Assembly: GCA_000002445.1 (NCBI GenBank)
Contig: CH464491.1
Span: forward strand, 4,448,001 to 4,512,000
Source: Trypanosoma brucei
Taxonomy: Eukaryota
Direction of reading: 5' to 3'
DNA: 64,000 nucleotides
In this document: positions 1 through 11,664 of the stretch, piece by piece
How the letters are laid out: each line of letters starts with the position of its first letter
How positions within the stretch are numbered: the stretch's first letter is position 1
Position numbers and translations under genes: made by a program
The notes under the pieces: model-generated
The model's input: only the letters and a program-made list of their open reading frames with translations
Told to the model about the DNA's origin: nothing
Databases searched by the model: none

Positions 1-2343
1 AGAGCAGCGGCCAGGACCGCCTGAACGCCTGTTGTTGTATCAGGGTGCATTGGGCTAAAAAACTCACGCAACTCCACCAGGGCCTTCATCGCCCTTTTCC
101 TTACGGCGTCCGTGACGTTTGCAGGGGCCCCATCGACTTCTTCGAAGCTGTGATCACCGGGCACGTAGCGAACAGCGCCCACCTGTCGTAAGAAAAGGAG
201 ATTGCATTCCATTTTGGCGGACATTTGAACAAGGGTTTCGTTCGGGTAGCGCTCCTTCAGGGTACAAATCAACTTGTCCGCCGCGCACCGCATATCTGCC
301 TTGTTGAGCGCTACAACTATGGGAAACCGCAGATGGACAAATGTAGCCACAAGCAAGTGCAGCTCGGCAGCCCCCCACGCTGGCAGGCGCCGAACCAGCT
401 CCACTTCAGTAGAGATTCCAAGACACCGCAGCAATGCATCGATGGATGACGGTGGACTGTGGTACCCCGTGAACACCGTTCGTATTTTCAATGGTTTTCG
501 AACTACGGCAGCCCACTGTGCACGGAGATTGTCATATATCCAGCTGTGCAATTCTCCTCGAACCCACATGATGTCGTCGAAGGTGGATCCTTCCCCTGGT
601 GCACACGCTGATCCGTCCGCGTAAGTCGCGCCTGCACCATCAACAATGTGTACGAGAACATCTGCATCGCACAAATCGTTGAGGAATCGATTCCCCTTTC
701 CCTTACCCCGGTAGGCACCTTGCACGAGACCAGCGACATCCTTCACCACTATGGGGTGTCGCCGGTGTGGAGCTCCAAAAGTAGTAACATGACCATACTT
801 GGCGCCACACTGTCCCGTGCTTGACGGCGAGGGTTGTGACAAACTACACGGACAGAAAATGGGACCGAAACCACAGCCGACATTGGGGTCGATTGTGGTG
901 AAAGGGAACGCTGCAACCCTTGCAGCCTTGCTCTCGTTATCGGGATTAGTTACCGCATTGTAAAACGTGCTCTTCCCTGCCGACGGTTTGCCAATGAGGC
1001 CGATAGTAAACTCGAGACTCCTACCCCTCCCACCAGCATCGTAACAACCTCCACCTTCGCAATCCCCTCTGCCATACGGCCGAAAAGACGGAGAACCACC
1101 CGCAAGCACTTCTTGCGCACGTCGGTGCGACTCGGCAATGCATGCACTCCTCGCACCTTCACTGTCATCCTCCTCCCACAGCCAATCATTCACTTTTCGT
1201 TCTTTCCATTGCTCTCCCGTCGCAACACCAGCACTGTCGTGCATTTCCCCTCCCTCCGCGAAAACGGACTTCAGGAAATCAAGAGCACCAACTGCTTGTT
1301 CTCCGGTGAACATTATCGCAGGTAGCAACATACCACTTTTGCCCTCAGGTCCCTCTCGCATGAACGCTGTGGTGTCAGAAACTAGCTTTGCCCTCCAGCG
1401 CTCGTAGAAAACATGGTGATTGGAAGGTCCGCCCACGATATCGAACTTTGGAATTTCAGCAGGGTATCCCTTTGACAAAGCCACACACAGTCGTAGCGCT
1501 GCGAGTGGGCTGCCCTCCAGGTCTCCGTCCGCGCAGTTCAACAGCAACGGCAGCGACACGGTGGTCATCTTTCCACGATGAACGCATTCCTCGCCGTAAA
1601 CACATGAAATCATTTCTAACTCCTCCTCGCAAGCCGCGGTAAGAGTACTATCCCCACCATCATTACCAGGGTTTCTCTGCGCAATGCGCTCAAAGAATGA
1701 CTTCAGAGACATGACAATATTCTGTAGCGTTGGGAAGCTGTGTGCGTGCTCATGCCACAAAACGTCAGCGTGAGGTCGACATGCATCCGCGAAAGATGCG
1801 CTCTCCGCTGGGTCCACAACCCCATCTTTCCTGCCCACGATATGCAGGGAAGGTAAAGGTCCCAGGAAACCATCGTTTTCAGCATCGTAACGAGCACTGT
1901 CTTTAAATGCTGAGGCAAGCCCAGGGAAGGTACGACGGGGATCTGGTGTCGCAGCTAATATAAGTCCCTTCAGCGGGGGCCCGTAGCCGTCACCGCCGTG
2001 AAGCTCACGAAGCATTACGTAACGGGCGGCGACAAGGCCACCCTGAGAAAATCCCAAAATGACGTCGTAGCGCATCCCCTCAGCAGCCATGTGGCGCTTC
2101 ACCACCGCGTCCCCGATACTGTAATCATCATCCGCTTCGCTGGGCTCTTCGCCGCACGGCTGCCTGCACCACGAATACGTTGCAATGGAGTTGGAGCCCG
2201 TGTGGTCATGCGGTAACGGATAGGGGGCATCCACAAAATCAAATTCTGCGACAGAAGAAAGCTTAACACACAACCTATTCAGCTGATGCTCAAATATTTC
2301 ACCTGTTTGGCCGAACCCGTGCAGACATAAAACTTTCACCATT
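1..2343 (-). CDS. FSH1/OVCA2-type serine hydrolase domain fused to an Obg-family (YchF/OLA1-like) GTPase. It is 3'-truncated by the window edge and has an apparent +1 frameshift about 64 nt after the ATG at 2343.
   Basis: Minus-strand translation from 2343 gives MVKVLCLHGFGQTGEIFEHQL, then a stop. The adjacent frame continues with no stop down to nt 1. It encodes LCVKLSSVAEFDFVDAPYPL, the nucleophile elbow GFSQGG, then HEHAHSFP. After a linker come the GTPase motifs: G1 GLIGKPSAGKST, FPFTTIDPNVG, G3 DVAGLVQGAYRGKGKGNRFL, G4 NKAD. The ORF is absent from the track because it has no in-window stop. Confidence 0.6.
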
Positions 2344-4001
2344 ATATTTAAATGTATTTTTTTGTCTTGGACCTGCATGGAAGAAAAACAAAAATATGAA
2401 TACATACACGACGTAAACAAATGCACCCGGAGAGTTATAGTCGTGCTCTTTTTTTTGTTGTTTGTAAGGCAGCCCGTTGCCTCACTTCAACCTATGTATA
2501 GCGACGAAAGGATTTACGTGTCTTTTTCACATATGCTTATTGGCATATCCAACTGTGATGAACTGTCAACGCGGCGAATTCAAACGGCCACCACATGCGG
2601 ATTTTCAGCCGCTATCATGTCAGAACCGCGGAAAAACTTGGAAAATGGAACGAGATCCTTCAATGATTTGGGAATGGAATGGAATGTAAAGAAGCTCCGT
2701 CACCTTCATTTCATCCCTTCCCTCCCTTTTGTTTCCTGGCGATTTCGCTTTTCAATAAGGATTTTCCCGACCTCCGCAGGACCTAAGAAATTTCGGGGCT
2801 AACAGCCAAAACGATAACGGCCTGTAGGAAGTTTATAAAATATATAACCAACAAATGAACAAATGGGCATTGGCGCGACTAACAACTGTCCAACTACGTT
2901 TGAGTTATACGGTTTGTTCCTCCTCTCCGCGTCTACTCGTGGTTGTTAAAACAGTCACCGCACTGCAGCTGCCGCGTAGCATTCACATTACTTCTACCGT
3001 TGTTTCCTTCCTCCATCTCCTCCACTGTTCTACGGAAAATGGCATTGCCATCATCATCATCATCATCTGTTTTAAAGGCAATTCGATACAGCTTAAACAA
3101 TGAAGCATAGATTTGCGTGTACATGTGCCTAGGTAAGCAACTATGAAAGAAAAGTAGGAGAACGATAACACCAAATGACCCTGCCAACGGGCAAAAGAGA
3201 TAACGTAACTGCGGTTTGCCACCTCTAAAGAAACAAATAAACAGAAATATAACGCACAATGCGCGCGCACTATTCGGGAAACTGAGTAAGCGGTTGGCAA
3301 TGCGCATCGTCGTGAAAACGTACATCTATCCATCTATAGATGAGGAGGCATGCTTAGACGAATTTATTGATTTAATTTGGTTTTATATTGGTCCAATTTA
3401 CTCTTTACTTCTCCTCATGAGTTGTTATGACGGCATATACTGGCAAAAGCGTACCGCCTCTACTTCCATGCCACCGAGAGAAAATATCAAACAGACGAAC
3501 TAGGGGGGAGGGTCCGCAACACGATAAAATATAATACATTACACCAAAAAAGAAAACAATGCAGAAAGTAGTTTGGGAAAATATCAGAGAGTTGAAAATA
3601 AAAATACCAGAAACAAAAAACAAAACGCCATCATCGCAGGCACGACCGCGCGGGGCGGAACCCTGGACCCCCTTCCCGCCTTCCTCTCCACGTTATCATT
3701 CTCCGTTACACGCTTTCTCAACGTCATCTCCTCCACCACTCCCGTCCTTTAGCCACCCTATCGCCCCCAGTTCAACCCAAAGAACGCGCAGAGGCCTTCA
3801 GCCACCTTCCCTGATAGGACGAGTAAACATGATGAAGCATCACCAACGAAATGAATTAATGAAACCAAGCTTTATAAGTACAGATATATATGTATGCATG
3901 TATGTATGTGCAGTCGCACACTGTCAACCATATGTTGGCGGCACGAATTGTTTGGCTGAAACTAAGTTGATTACACCACCACCTCACAATGCCAATGGTG
4001 G

Positions 4002-6755
4002 TTACGAGCCCACACCTAACCAACTGGCTAGGCGGCTGTTCGTGGCCAACTCCAGAACCGTTACATCAAATTGGTCTGATTCCTCCGTCAGTGCGGAAAG
4101 TTGCGTTATGGAAATGTCGCCGTTTCGCTCAAAGTGATGCCTTTTTCTCGGTGGTCCCAACGGTTTCGGTATGTCCTCCCTCATGTTCTTCGAACACAAA
4201 GAAGAGTTGAAGGTGAAATGGCAGTGTGCGACGCCGCGTGAGTGACAGTCAGCGCCTCTCACAGCCCCCACAGGCATTCTCAACGCGTAGTGGGGGTCAT
4301 CAGCTATGTCCTGAAGCAGCCAATACACTGACTGCGCCAAGTGCCGACACCGCTTCTGCCCGGTTTCCGTCTTTAAAATTCGCTCGTGTGCCCTCGGCTT
4401 ACAAGTGCAGGATAGGTGCTGAAACACGCTTGACCAGTGCGGGTCGCCGGCACCAATTTTGACATCCTCGTTCAACAACGGCTGTAAGTTCATATGCACC
4501 ATAACGTATAAGTGACGGCGCACAGAGCACGCCAACGCAAAGCGTCCGTACCCAAGTATCTGGAAGTGACAGTCGGAAAAGTAACCTTCTGCTGCTGACC
4601 GCACCGCGTCGACAGACGCGTTGAAAACATTCTTGGTAAAAAAAGCTGACATGAATTCGTATATCCGGAGTCGTTGTGCTGGAGAGAGTGACCCAAACAA
4701 CTTCGGTCGTGCATCCGGATTGAACCTCGGTGGATACGTTGAAGATAGTGAAACATCGTCGCAAATAGTAGGACGGGCAATGCCCACGCGCATAGTTCCC
4801 ACATGCTTCATCAACATTTCTGGTCGGCATGCTTGGCTACGCAAATCTCGCGCTAACATACTAGTCCCGCACAACTCATCAAAAAGGCGATCACGTTCCC
4901 TTTCCACGTCAAAGTTGGCACGGTCAGAAGGGGTCAGCGAATCAACAGTTTCATTAAATTTATCGACCCACTCCTTGACACAATTGTAGTCGCCTGCAGC
5001 GTGAACACCCACATGATTAGCCGCCTCCGAAAAAGCTGCTGTTCGCGACAAACACCCACTACTCTTAACGTCTATTCGGAAATATTGCACAGCAAAAGCA
5101 AGAATTCGCACAAAGTGGTGGATATCCCGCGAAGTATCCGTCAATGAGTTCACACACGCTGAGATAGAAGCCAATTCTTTGTCAACTCTACGACAGAAAC
5201 TGGTGTCACCTACAGCGAATATCGGTAGTATGAAAGCATTTTCGTTCCATGCAGTCCTAACCCACGACCTCAGGACCTCTGAGAAGCGGTGGTCGCCGTC
5301 GGCAACCACAACGATGAGGCGCTGCCTGTCTCTCCGCTCGGTCGACAGCGCCGTCCACGACACGCACAACTGTCGTAGTGCTATGTCGTCACTAATTGGA
5401 AAAAGGTGAGAGTTACTCGGAGTTTCAAGAAATAAGCAAGCAGCACCATCCGTTATCACAGGCACTTGCGGGAATGGGTCGCCTACCGAAGACCGGTTGA
5501 TGGTGCCATTAGGTACCCATTCAGCTATGACCTCCTCATCAGACTCGGTTTTCAGCTGTAGCGGTTGTACCTCGTGGATTTCTTCCTTAGCAGTGTTTGA
5601 AGGAAGAAAGCACGCCTCTCGCTTCACAACAGGTTTATCATCGCAATCACCACCGAATCCATTAACGCCCACACCGCGCCCCAGATTATCATGGGTGTCA
5701 CTGGTAGCAGCAGCGCCGAGCGAAGCAGGGTGAAGTGATACGGTAGGCACTGACCTAGTACCATTCTTTCTTTGCACAGCACGGCCAAATGCAGCTGTTG
5801 TCTCCTCGTTCCCCTTCAGCAACATCGATAACCAATCGCTGACAACCGCATTACGGTCACCGTCCGAGCATGCCCATCCCTGTTGTCGCACACACTCCTC
5901 CTTACAGAAAGTTTCACCCACACCACAGTGGTTGTGCCCCGGCTTAAGTTGGTCGACCACGTTTTCCCCCGTGCTCTGGACACGACGGTCGTCGTCCCCA
6001 GCTGGATGAAACGGTGGCACAACCGCCTCTTTCGGTGCTACAGCCGCCGTCAGAAGGAGAGAGCCCACAAGCCCAGACCAAACCATGCGCACGCTCTCTA
6101 ATCCAGGCACATTATGTTCAGGACTGAGAACACCGGTGAAGTCAACATGAATCCTTGTCTGAAATGGCTCTGGCATGAACAGTAAAGCGACACGTGTAAC
6201 CTGCAACGCGCTGCGATACGCAGAAACGCAGTCCACCTTTGGAAGATCGTCCCACGCTAGCTGTACATAAAGCACCGGCATCGCATGCTTAAATTCGGCA
6301 CCCAAGACAACCACATCCAACAGCAACCACGCCGCCACGATGCCGTCAGCTCTTACGGTGTCCTTTTCCCTTGTGTCCCCTTGCCCCTCGATTTTCGGCT
6401 CAACGCGTACACCATTACGCAAACACGGTCTCGCACCTAACCCGGTACCGCGCAGGCTGCTCATAAAGGTCGTTGATGATGCTAGAAACTGCATAACAAC
6501 ACCACACGCATCTGTTTTTGATCCTGTTGTCGCCAACGTCTCCATAGGTTCCTTGCCGAACACAACGACAATGGAATCGCGAGCATCCCTCCTACAGTTG
6601 TTCCGCTTTGCTGCCCTTTCCCATTGGGCCTTAATGCTCTCCTGGTTGCCCATAAGCTCCACAATATTTACGGCAAGGGCTCGTTGAACACCCGCAGAAG
6701 AACATACTAAACGCGACGGTGAGAATGTGTTGGACGAGATGGGTATGTGATGCAT
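4002..6755 (-). CDS. Large conserved hypothetical protein (917 aa ORF). No family recognised.
   Basis: Uninterrupted 2.75 kb minus-strand ORF in the same orientation as neighbouring genes, with protein-like composition. The start may be an internal Met. Confidence 0.55.
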   Translation of the reverse strand: MHHIPISSNTFSPSRLVCSSAGVQRALAVNIVELMGNQESIKAQWERAAKRNNCRRDARDSIVVVFGKEPMETLATTGSKTDACGVVMQFLASSTTFMSSLRGTGLGARPCLRNGVRVEPKIEGQGDTREKDTVRADGIVAAWLLLDVVVLGAEFKHAMPVLYVQLAWDDLPKVDCVSAYRSALQVTRVALLFMPEPFQTRIHVDFTGVLSPEHNVPGLESVRMVWSGLVGSLLLTAAVAPKEAVVPPFHPAGDDDRRVQSTGENVVDQLKPGHNHCGVGETFCKEECVRQQGWACSDGDRNAVVSDWLSMLLKGNEETTAAFGRAVQRKNGTRSVPTVSLHPASLGAAATSDTHDNLGRGVGVNGFGGDCDDKPVVKREACFLPSNTAKEEIHEVQPLQLKTESDEEVIAEWVPNGTINRSSVGDPFPQVPVITDGAACLFLETPSNSHLFPISDDIALRQLCVSWTALSTERRDRQRLIVVVADGDHRFSEVLRSWVRTAWNENAFILPIFAVGDTSFCRRVDKELASISACVNSLTDTSRDIHHFVRILAFAVQYFRIDVKSSGCLSRTAAFSEAANHVGVHAAGDYNCVKEWVDKFNETVDSLTPSDRANFDVERERDRLFDELCGTSMLARDLRSQACRPEMLMKHVGTMRVGIARPTICDDVSLSSTYPPRFNPDARPKLFGSLSPAQRLRIYEFMSAFFTKNVFNASVDAVRSAAEGYFSDCHFQILGYGRFALACSVRRHLYVMVHMNLQPLLNEDVKIGAGDPHWSSVFQHLSCTCKPRAHERILKTETGQKRCRHLAQSVYWLLQDIADDPHYALRMPVGAVRGADCHSRGVAHCHFTFNSSLCSKNMREDIPKPLGPPRKRHHFERNGDISITQLSALTEESDQFDVTVLELATNSRLASWLGVGS

Positions 6756-7262
6756 CTACTCAAGGCCACGATCCACACCTAACACATAGTAAGGATAAAA
6801 ACAAAAAGTCAAGGGAAAAGAGTTACTGTTTGGTCCGTGCCAATTACATTTTTATGACAGTTGCTACCATGACATCAAAAAAAAAAAAGTAAAGCGGATA
6901 CGGTAAGACATTGCTTATCACCTTTCCCTGCTTGGGGTTTTTTATACTTACTGTCATCACCATCACTAGAACCTTCCCACTACACCCGCATGAAGGAAGC
7001 CAGTGTAAAATAAGCGCGTGAGGAAACGGAGGGAGAAGCAGGTGTTCACAGGCACACGTGTTGTAACACTCTGCAGCCTGCGCTTATCCGCAAGTACCCC
7101 ATGCAAAGACATAAACTTACGAAATGGGCACCCATTCCGCTCATATGCGTCCGTCCATGCGTACTTCTGTTGTCTCTCCTTATTGAAAGGTTTGCGTTCA
7201 CGTCGATCGCAACCCATCCACACACACACACACGTACTCTGCAACGGGAACCTTCGCTTCCA

Positions 7263-9422
7263 CTACTCCTCAGCACGATGTGCATCATGGAGTTGCTTAG
7301 ACCAAAGCTCGCTATACAAACCGCCTCTCTGTAGCAGCTCCTCGTGGGTGCCGCTCTCACTCAGGGACCCTTTCCCGTCAAGCACGAAAATTTTGTCAGC
7401 ACTCATGATGCTTGTGAGCCGATGTGCTATAAGTATGAGGGTGCGTCTCTTCCCACCAGCGTCACGCAGTTGCTGCATCACATGCATTTCCGTTACGCTG
7501 TCCAGAGCCGCAGTAGCCTCGTCTGCCAGTAGGATTGGCGGATTGCTGAGAACAACACGCGCGATAGCTATCCGTTGCTTCTCACCACCGGAAAGTTTTA
7601 GCCCCCGTTCCCCCACAACCGTATCGTATTTATCACTCATGTTCATTATGCTGTCATGTATACAAGCCACCTTTGCGGCCCTTATCATCTCCTCCTCCGT
7701 AGCGTCCGGCCTGCCATAACAGATGTTGTACCGCAATGATTCATTAAAAAGTACCGTATCTTGCGGTATTACACCGATAGACTCACGAAAGCTCGGTATT
7801 TGCAAATCCGTCAATGGCTGCCCGTCGATGAGAACGGACCCCGAAAGCGGGTCGTAGAAACGATAAATCAAGCGGAAAATAGTACTTTTTCCACTTCCGG
7901 AGGGGCCGACGAAGGCAACAGTGCTTCCACCAGGTATGGCAAGTGAGAGGTTACGCAAGACGAATCGATCATCGCCGCCGGTTTTGAAAGCGAAACACAC
8001 GTCTCGCAACTCAATGGTACCACTTACTAACTCTAGCGCCTTCGCATTTGCCTTCTGCTTCACACTGTTTTGCACGTCGAGGAGGGCGATCATTGCTTGC
8101 ATATTCTGTGTAGATGCCTGTATATCTCTGTAAATCATACCCAGGAAACTTAGCGGAGTATAAAGTTGCATGAGCAAGGCGTCCACCAATACCAAATCGC
8201 CCACAGTCATCGAACCCGCGAGCACACCACATGTGGAAAGGTACAATGAGACCAGAGCAGCTAAGACAAATATCGCATGCTGACCAAAATTCAAGAGCGA
8301 CATAGACTGATCCAGCCGCATGAGCTGATGATTCATGTCCGCCGTCTCGCGCCGAAGGCGCGACTCCTCATAACTTTCGCGGCCGAAGTACTTTACCGTT
8401 TCGTAATTAAGAAGGGAGTCCACGGTTAGCCCTCCTACGCGGCTGTCTCCCTTGTTGAAGCGCGCCCGGTACTCAGCACGCCAATTAGATACAACGTATG
8501 TCCACCCAATGTACAACACAACCGCAGAAAATGCTGTTAAGATAAAAGGGGTTCCCGCACAACTCTTCATGACTGTGCAAACCAACACCACTTCAAATGC
8601 TGTGGGAATCACCATAAACAAAAGCGCATGCGCAAGGGACCAAAACGCACGGCTGCCGCGATCAAGATCCTTGCTTAGAACACCCGTCTCCCGACCAAGA
8701 TGGTACTGTAAGTCAAGGGAGTGTAATTTTGCGAAGAGTTCCATTGCAATCGTTGTTGATGCATGACAGCCAACGGGAGCGAACAAAGCAGACTTCATTT
8801 CCTCAGTGAAAGAGCTTAACAACCTACTGATGCCATACGCAACTACCAGACCGAACACACCCAAATGCAATGCTTCTGTCACCGTTGTGACACAAGCGCC
8901 AACCTCAGTACTATTTGTGAGCACATCTATAATCGTCTTGAACCAAAATGGCACTGCCACCTTCAGCACCTTGGCCAGGACGACACACGTTACGCTGGCA
9001 ACTACCAGTGCACGATACCCCGGCTTCCCAGCCGGCCACAAATGGTGTAGCACGTGCCCCATCACTCTGTAAATTGGTATTTTATTAGAATCCTCATCCG
9101 TCACTACAGAACCCCCTACAATATCAGGCTTTTTGGAGGGTTCCCACTGTTCCTGATCCTTCCGCTGCGTGGGCTTGGCGTTACGCTTTCCTTTTCGGTC
9201 GGTGCCAACTGACGGAGAGGGCCCGAACATCGGTCGATTCGGATGATGAAAAGCGCGGACGGCTGTCCTCAGTGCCGGAACCGCCGTTGCGATCGGCAAT
9301 GTCAGCCCATGGATACGGCAAAAAAATGCGATTCCGCAAAAATGATGCCCATTCAAAACGGAGACACTACTTGAACGCACACGAACGCAATGTACCAAAT
9401 GACAGAACGCAGCGCGCCGCAT
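7263..9422 (-). CDS. ABC transporter, ABCB-type half transporter (ATM1/ABCB7-like), probably mitochondrial. The likely start is the Met at 9422; the ORF extends upstream to 9578.
   Basis: N-terminal basic presequence MRRAAFCHLVHCVRVRSS and six TM-type hydrophobic segments. NBD with Walker A GPSGSGKST, ABC signature LSGGEKQRIAIARV, Walker B ILLADEATAALD and H-loop IAHRL. Confidence 0.8.
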   Translation of the reverse strand: MRRAAFCHLVHCVRVRSSSVSVLNGHHFCGIAFFCRIHGLTLPIATAVPALRTAVRAFHHPNRPMFGPSPSVGTDRKGKRNAKPTQRKDQEQWEPSKKPDIVGGSVVTDEDSNKIPIYRVMGHVLHHLWPAGKPGYRALVVASVTCVVLAKVLKVAVPFWFKTIIDVLTNSTEVGACVTTVTEALHLGVFGLVVAYGISRLLSSFTEEMKSALFAPVGCHASTTIAMELFAKLHSLDLQYHLGRETGVLSKDLDRGSRAFWSLAHALLFMVIPTAFEVVLVCTVMKSCAGTPFILTAFSAVVLYIGWTYVVSNWRAEYRARFNKGDSRVGGLTVDSLLNYETVKYFGRESYEESRLRRETADMNHQLMRLDQSMSLLNFGQHAIFVLAALVSLYLSTCGVLAGSMTVGDLVLVDALLMQLYTPLSFLGMIYRDIQASTQNMQAMIALLDVQNSVKQKANAKALELVSGTIELRDVCFAFKTGGDDRFVLRNLSLAIPGGSTVAFVGPSGSGKSTIFRLIYRFYDPLSGSVLIDGQPLTDLQIPSFRESIGVIPQDTVLFNESLRYNICYGRPDATEEEMIRAAKVACIHDSIMNMSDKYDTVVGERGLKLSGGEKQRIAIARVVLSNPPILLADEATAALDSVTEMHVMQQLRDAGGKRRTLILIAHRLTSIMSADKIFVLDGKGSLSESGTHEELLQRGGLYSELWSKQLHDAHRAEE

Positions 9423-10281
9423 TTTTTTTTTTTTAATTACTGACAGCGTGTCTGCAGAAGCTATCAGCACTGTCTCCCAAATATATATATATAATAGGCA
9501 GGTGGCGTGAGAAAAAAATAAAGAAAAGGGGAGACTAGCACCACTGAAGCCATGCAACAAGGTTCTTGTGGGTACCAACAGATGAACTTATGACCGCAGG
9601 ATGACTTGGACACTAGGAAGGTACCAAAAGAGAACCAAAAAGACTAACACAGCCCCCACCACAGCATAACGGTAGGCAGCAATGCTGAATACACCAGGAC
9701 GTCAGTACAAACATCGTAAAACAAAAATACGGAAAAAGTGGCCCAATTTGAACTCTCAGCTAGCCCGATCTTCCAGTGGACCCATGCGCGTAGAGGCATG
9801 CACGAATACTCTTTACTCGAGGCGTCGAGCGGGCACTTTGCTCCATTGAATCACATTACCAGACATTGCGCAAACCAATGGTACAAATAAATGCCAACCT
9901 CCACACACAAACCATCGCAGACTCAAAAACAAGACTAACACCAGAACACACGGAGCATGAAAAGAACTTGGCACTGAACAGATAACTGGTGAAAGCAATA
10001 AAAAATGTGACACCGACTTACAGGGTCACTGCAACCCCATCAACAGAAAACGCGCTCGGTGCTTTCTTCTCTTTCCTCTATGCACGTTTCGGGACCCACG
10101 AAACCATTTCCACAACCCAGCGTGTTTTAAGAGAAGGGAAATTTTTGACAGTCACCCACATACACATACATGCGCTATGAAGGAACGAACAAAGTAAAAG
10201 AAGTCCACAAAACAAAAAAAACGGGGGGAGCACGGGCCGCCCCATCATGTAACACCAAAGCTGTTGCATCATACACTGCAG

Positions 10282-11664
10282 CTATCTCCCGGAACCACTG
10301 AGACTAAGCTGAGAGAATCTCTCAGAGCGCCGCTGGCCCGGGACGCGGAACAGCCACGGCGTCTCCGGAATGTTTCCTACCGCCTCATTCCGCGAAACAC
10401 GCTCACAGCATGCCTCGACAAAATCCAATTCGTACCTAGTAAACCTAAAAGTGCTATACCAGACTCCTACACCACGCCATCGATGAGCACCAGCGGGGGG
10501 ATCAACAAAGACCTCACGGTTAAATCCCGCTCGCCACAGATACGGCGCCATCGCGTCCACACCACGTAGTAAGATTGTGCCATCACCAGTTAGCTCCAGT
10601 GTCACATGGGAATTGGGAAAGCGGCGGACGAGAGTCCAGCCGCTCTTTTCAACACCACAGGCGCCACATTGACTCGGAGAGGCATCCTCACTGTTGCATG
10701 ACATTTCCTGCTTACACTTGGGACAGTGTGCGGTCCAAAGGCGTAGCTGACTGGGTAGCACACGCACCTCCACTGCAGGAGCTTCGTACTGTACCACCAC
10801 GACGTCATCGTCGGGTGTCGCCTCCAAACTGGCATCAGACTCTAAGGAAGGTGAATCTGTCAAGCGTTCCAATGAATGTCGTTCGCGCTTAACCCGGATG
10901 AACTCAGACTTGGAAAATGCTGCGTCCGGCATCGCACTAGAAGAAACACTGGTAGGAACGCCGGTACCCTCCTCGGTGAATACTTTCTGCGTAGACGTCT
11001 GCGTCATATCTAAAACCTCCGTTACCTCCTCTTCCTTCCGCTGCTTACGCGAAATGTCTCCGCTGCAGTAGCTACCATCGGCATTCAACACCAACTTTTG
11101 TGTCCCTTGGGGCATCTCCGAAAGGACGTGCAGCTGCCATAAGTCAACCTCAAGGCTCGACACGAGCACACCTCCCTTGCAGACGGGACATGGTGCTCTC
11201 CTGTCCCGCAGGGAGCGCTGCTTCCTGAATAACGTAATCCACGACTCCAAATCACAGCATTGCACATGGAGGCAGGTTTCGCCTCGAACAGGGCAATACA
11301 TCGCAGTGCGGGAGTAAGGGCAATAGAGAGAGAACTCCATTGTGGAAACTTCAATATCATCCCCACCCGGTTTCCCAAAAGCGATATCCCACGCTCGCTT
11401 CCGATGGATCTGAAGTAACTCCACGCTACGAGCGTCCCAGCGCTTTGCCAATTCCATGTCGCGAAGAAGGCGTCTCTTTACATCTAAAAGGTCATCCATT
11501 CCGTCAGAAGACGATACGGCAACCCTCCCGTGTGCTACTGCTCGCGCCCTCGAGCTCCGAGCGTTGGCTTGTGAGCCGAAAAGGAGAACTGGGGGCAATG
11601 GTACCCCTTCGCCGTGACGAACTGAGGAGCGTGTTGGCATCAACAAACCAGTACTACACCCCAC
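10282..11664 (-). CDS. SP-RING/MIZ-type zinc finger protein (putative SUMO E3 ligase-like) with an additional C-terminal zinc ribbon.
   Basis: CPYSRTAMYCPVRGETCLHVQCCDLESWITL...CPVCKG matches the SP-RING pattern (CP..C.H.QCFD..W...CPVC). A later CPKCKQEMSCN...CGACG forms a zinc ribbon. The true start may be an internal Met (MDDLLDVK). Confidence 0.55.
   Translation of the reverse strand: MGCSTGLLMPTRSSVRHGEGVPLPPVLLFGSQANARSSRARAVAHGRVAVSSSDGMDDLLDVKRRLLRDMELAKRWDARSVELLQIHRKRAWDIAFGKPGGDDIEVSTMEFSLYCPYSRTAMYCPVRGETCLHVQCCDLESWITLFRKQRSLRDRRAPCPVCKGGVLVSSLEVDLWQLHVLSEMPQGTQKLVLNADGSYCSGDISRKQRKEEEVTEVLDMTQTSTQKVFTEEGTGVPTSVSSSAMPDAAFSKSEFIRVKRERHSLERLTDSPSLESDASLEATPDDDVVVVQYEAPAVEVRVLPSQLRLWTAHCPKCKQEMSCNSEDASPSQCGACGVEKSGWTLVRRFPNSHVTLELTGDGTILLRGVDAMAPYLWRAGFNREVFVDPPAGAHRWRGVGVWYSTFRFTRYELDFVEACCERVSRNEAVGNIPETPWLFRVPGQRRSERFSQLSLSGSGR

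Noticed and set aside
2281-2343. Simple reading of ATG at 2343 as the start of one continuous ORF.
   Set aside because: That frame hits TAG after 22 codons (…EHQLE*). The long ORF is in the adjacent frame, hence reported as a frameshifted CDS rather than a clean gene.
2362-3623. Plus- and minus-strand ORFs of 70-146 aa between the first two genes (e.g. 2362-2802, 2933-3325).
   Set aside because: No recognisable motifs, overlapping alternative frames, and some on the wrong strand relative to the unit. Probably intergenic.
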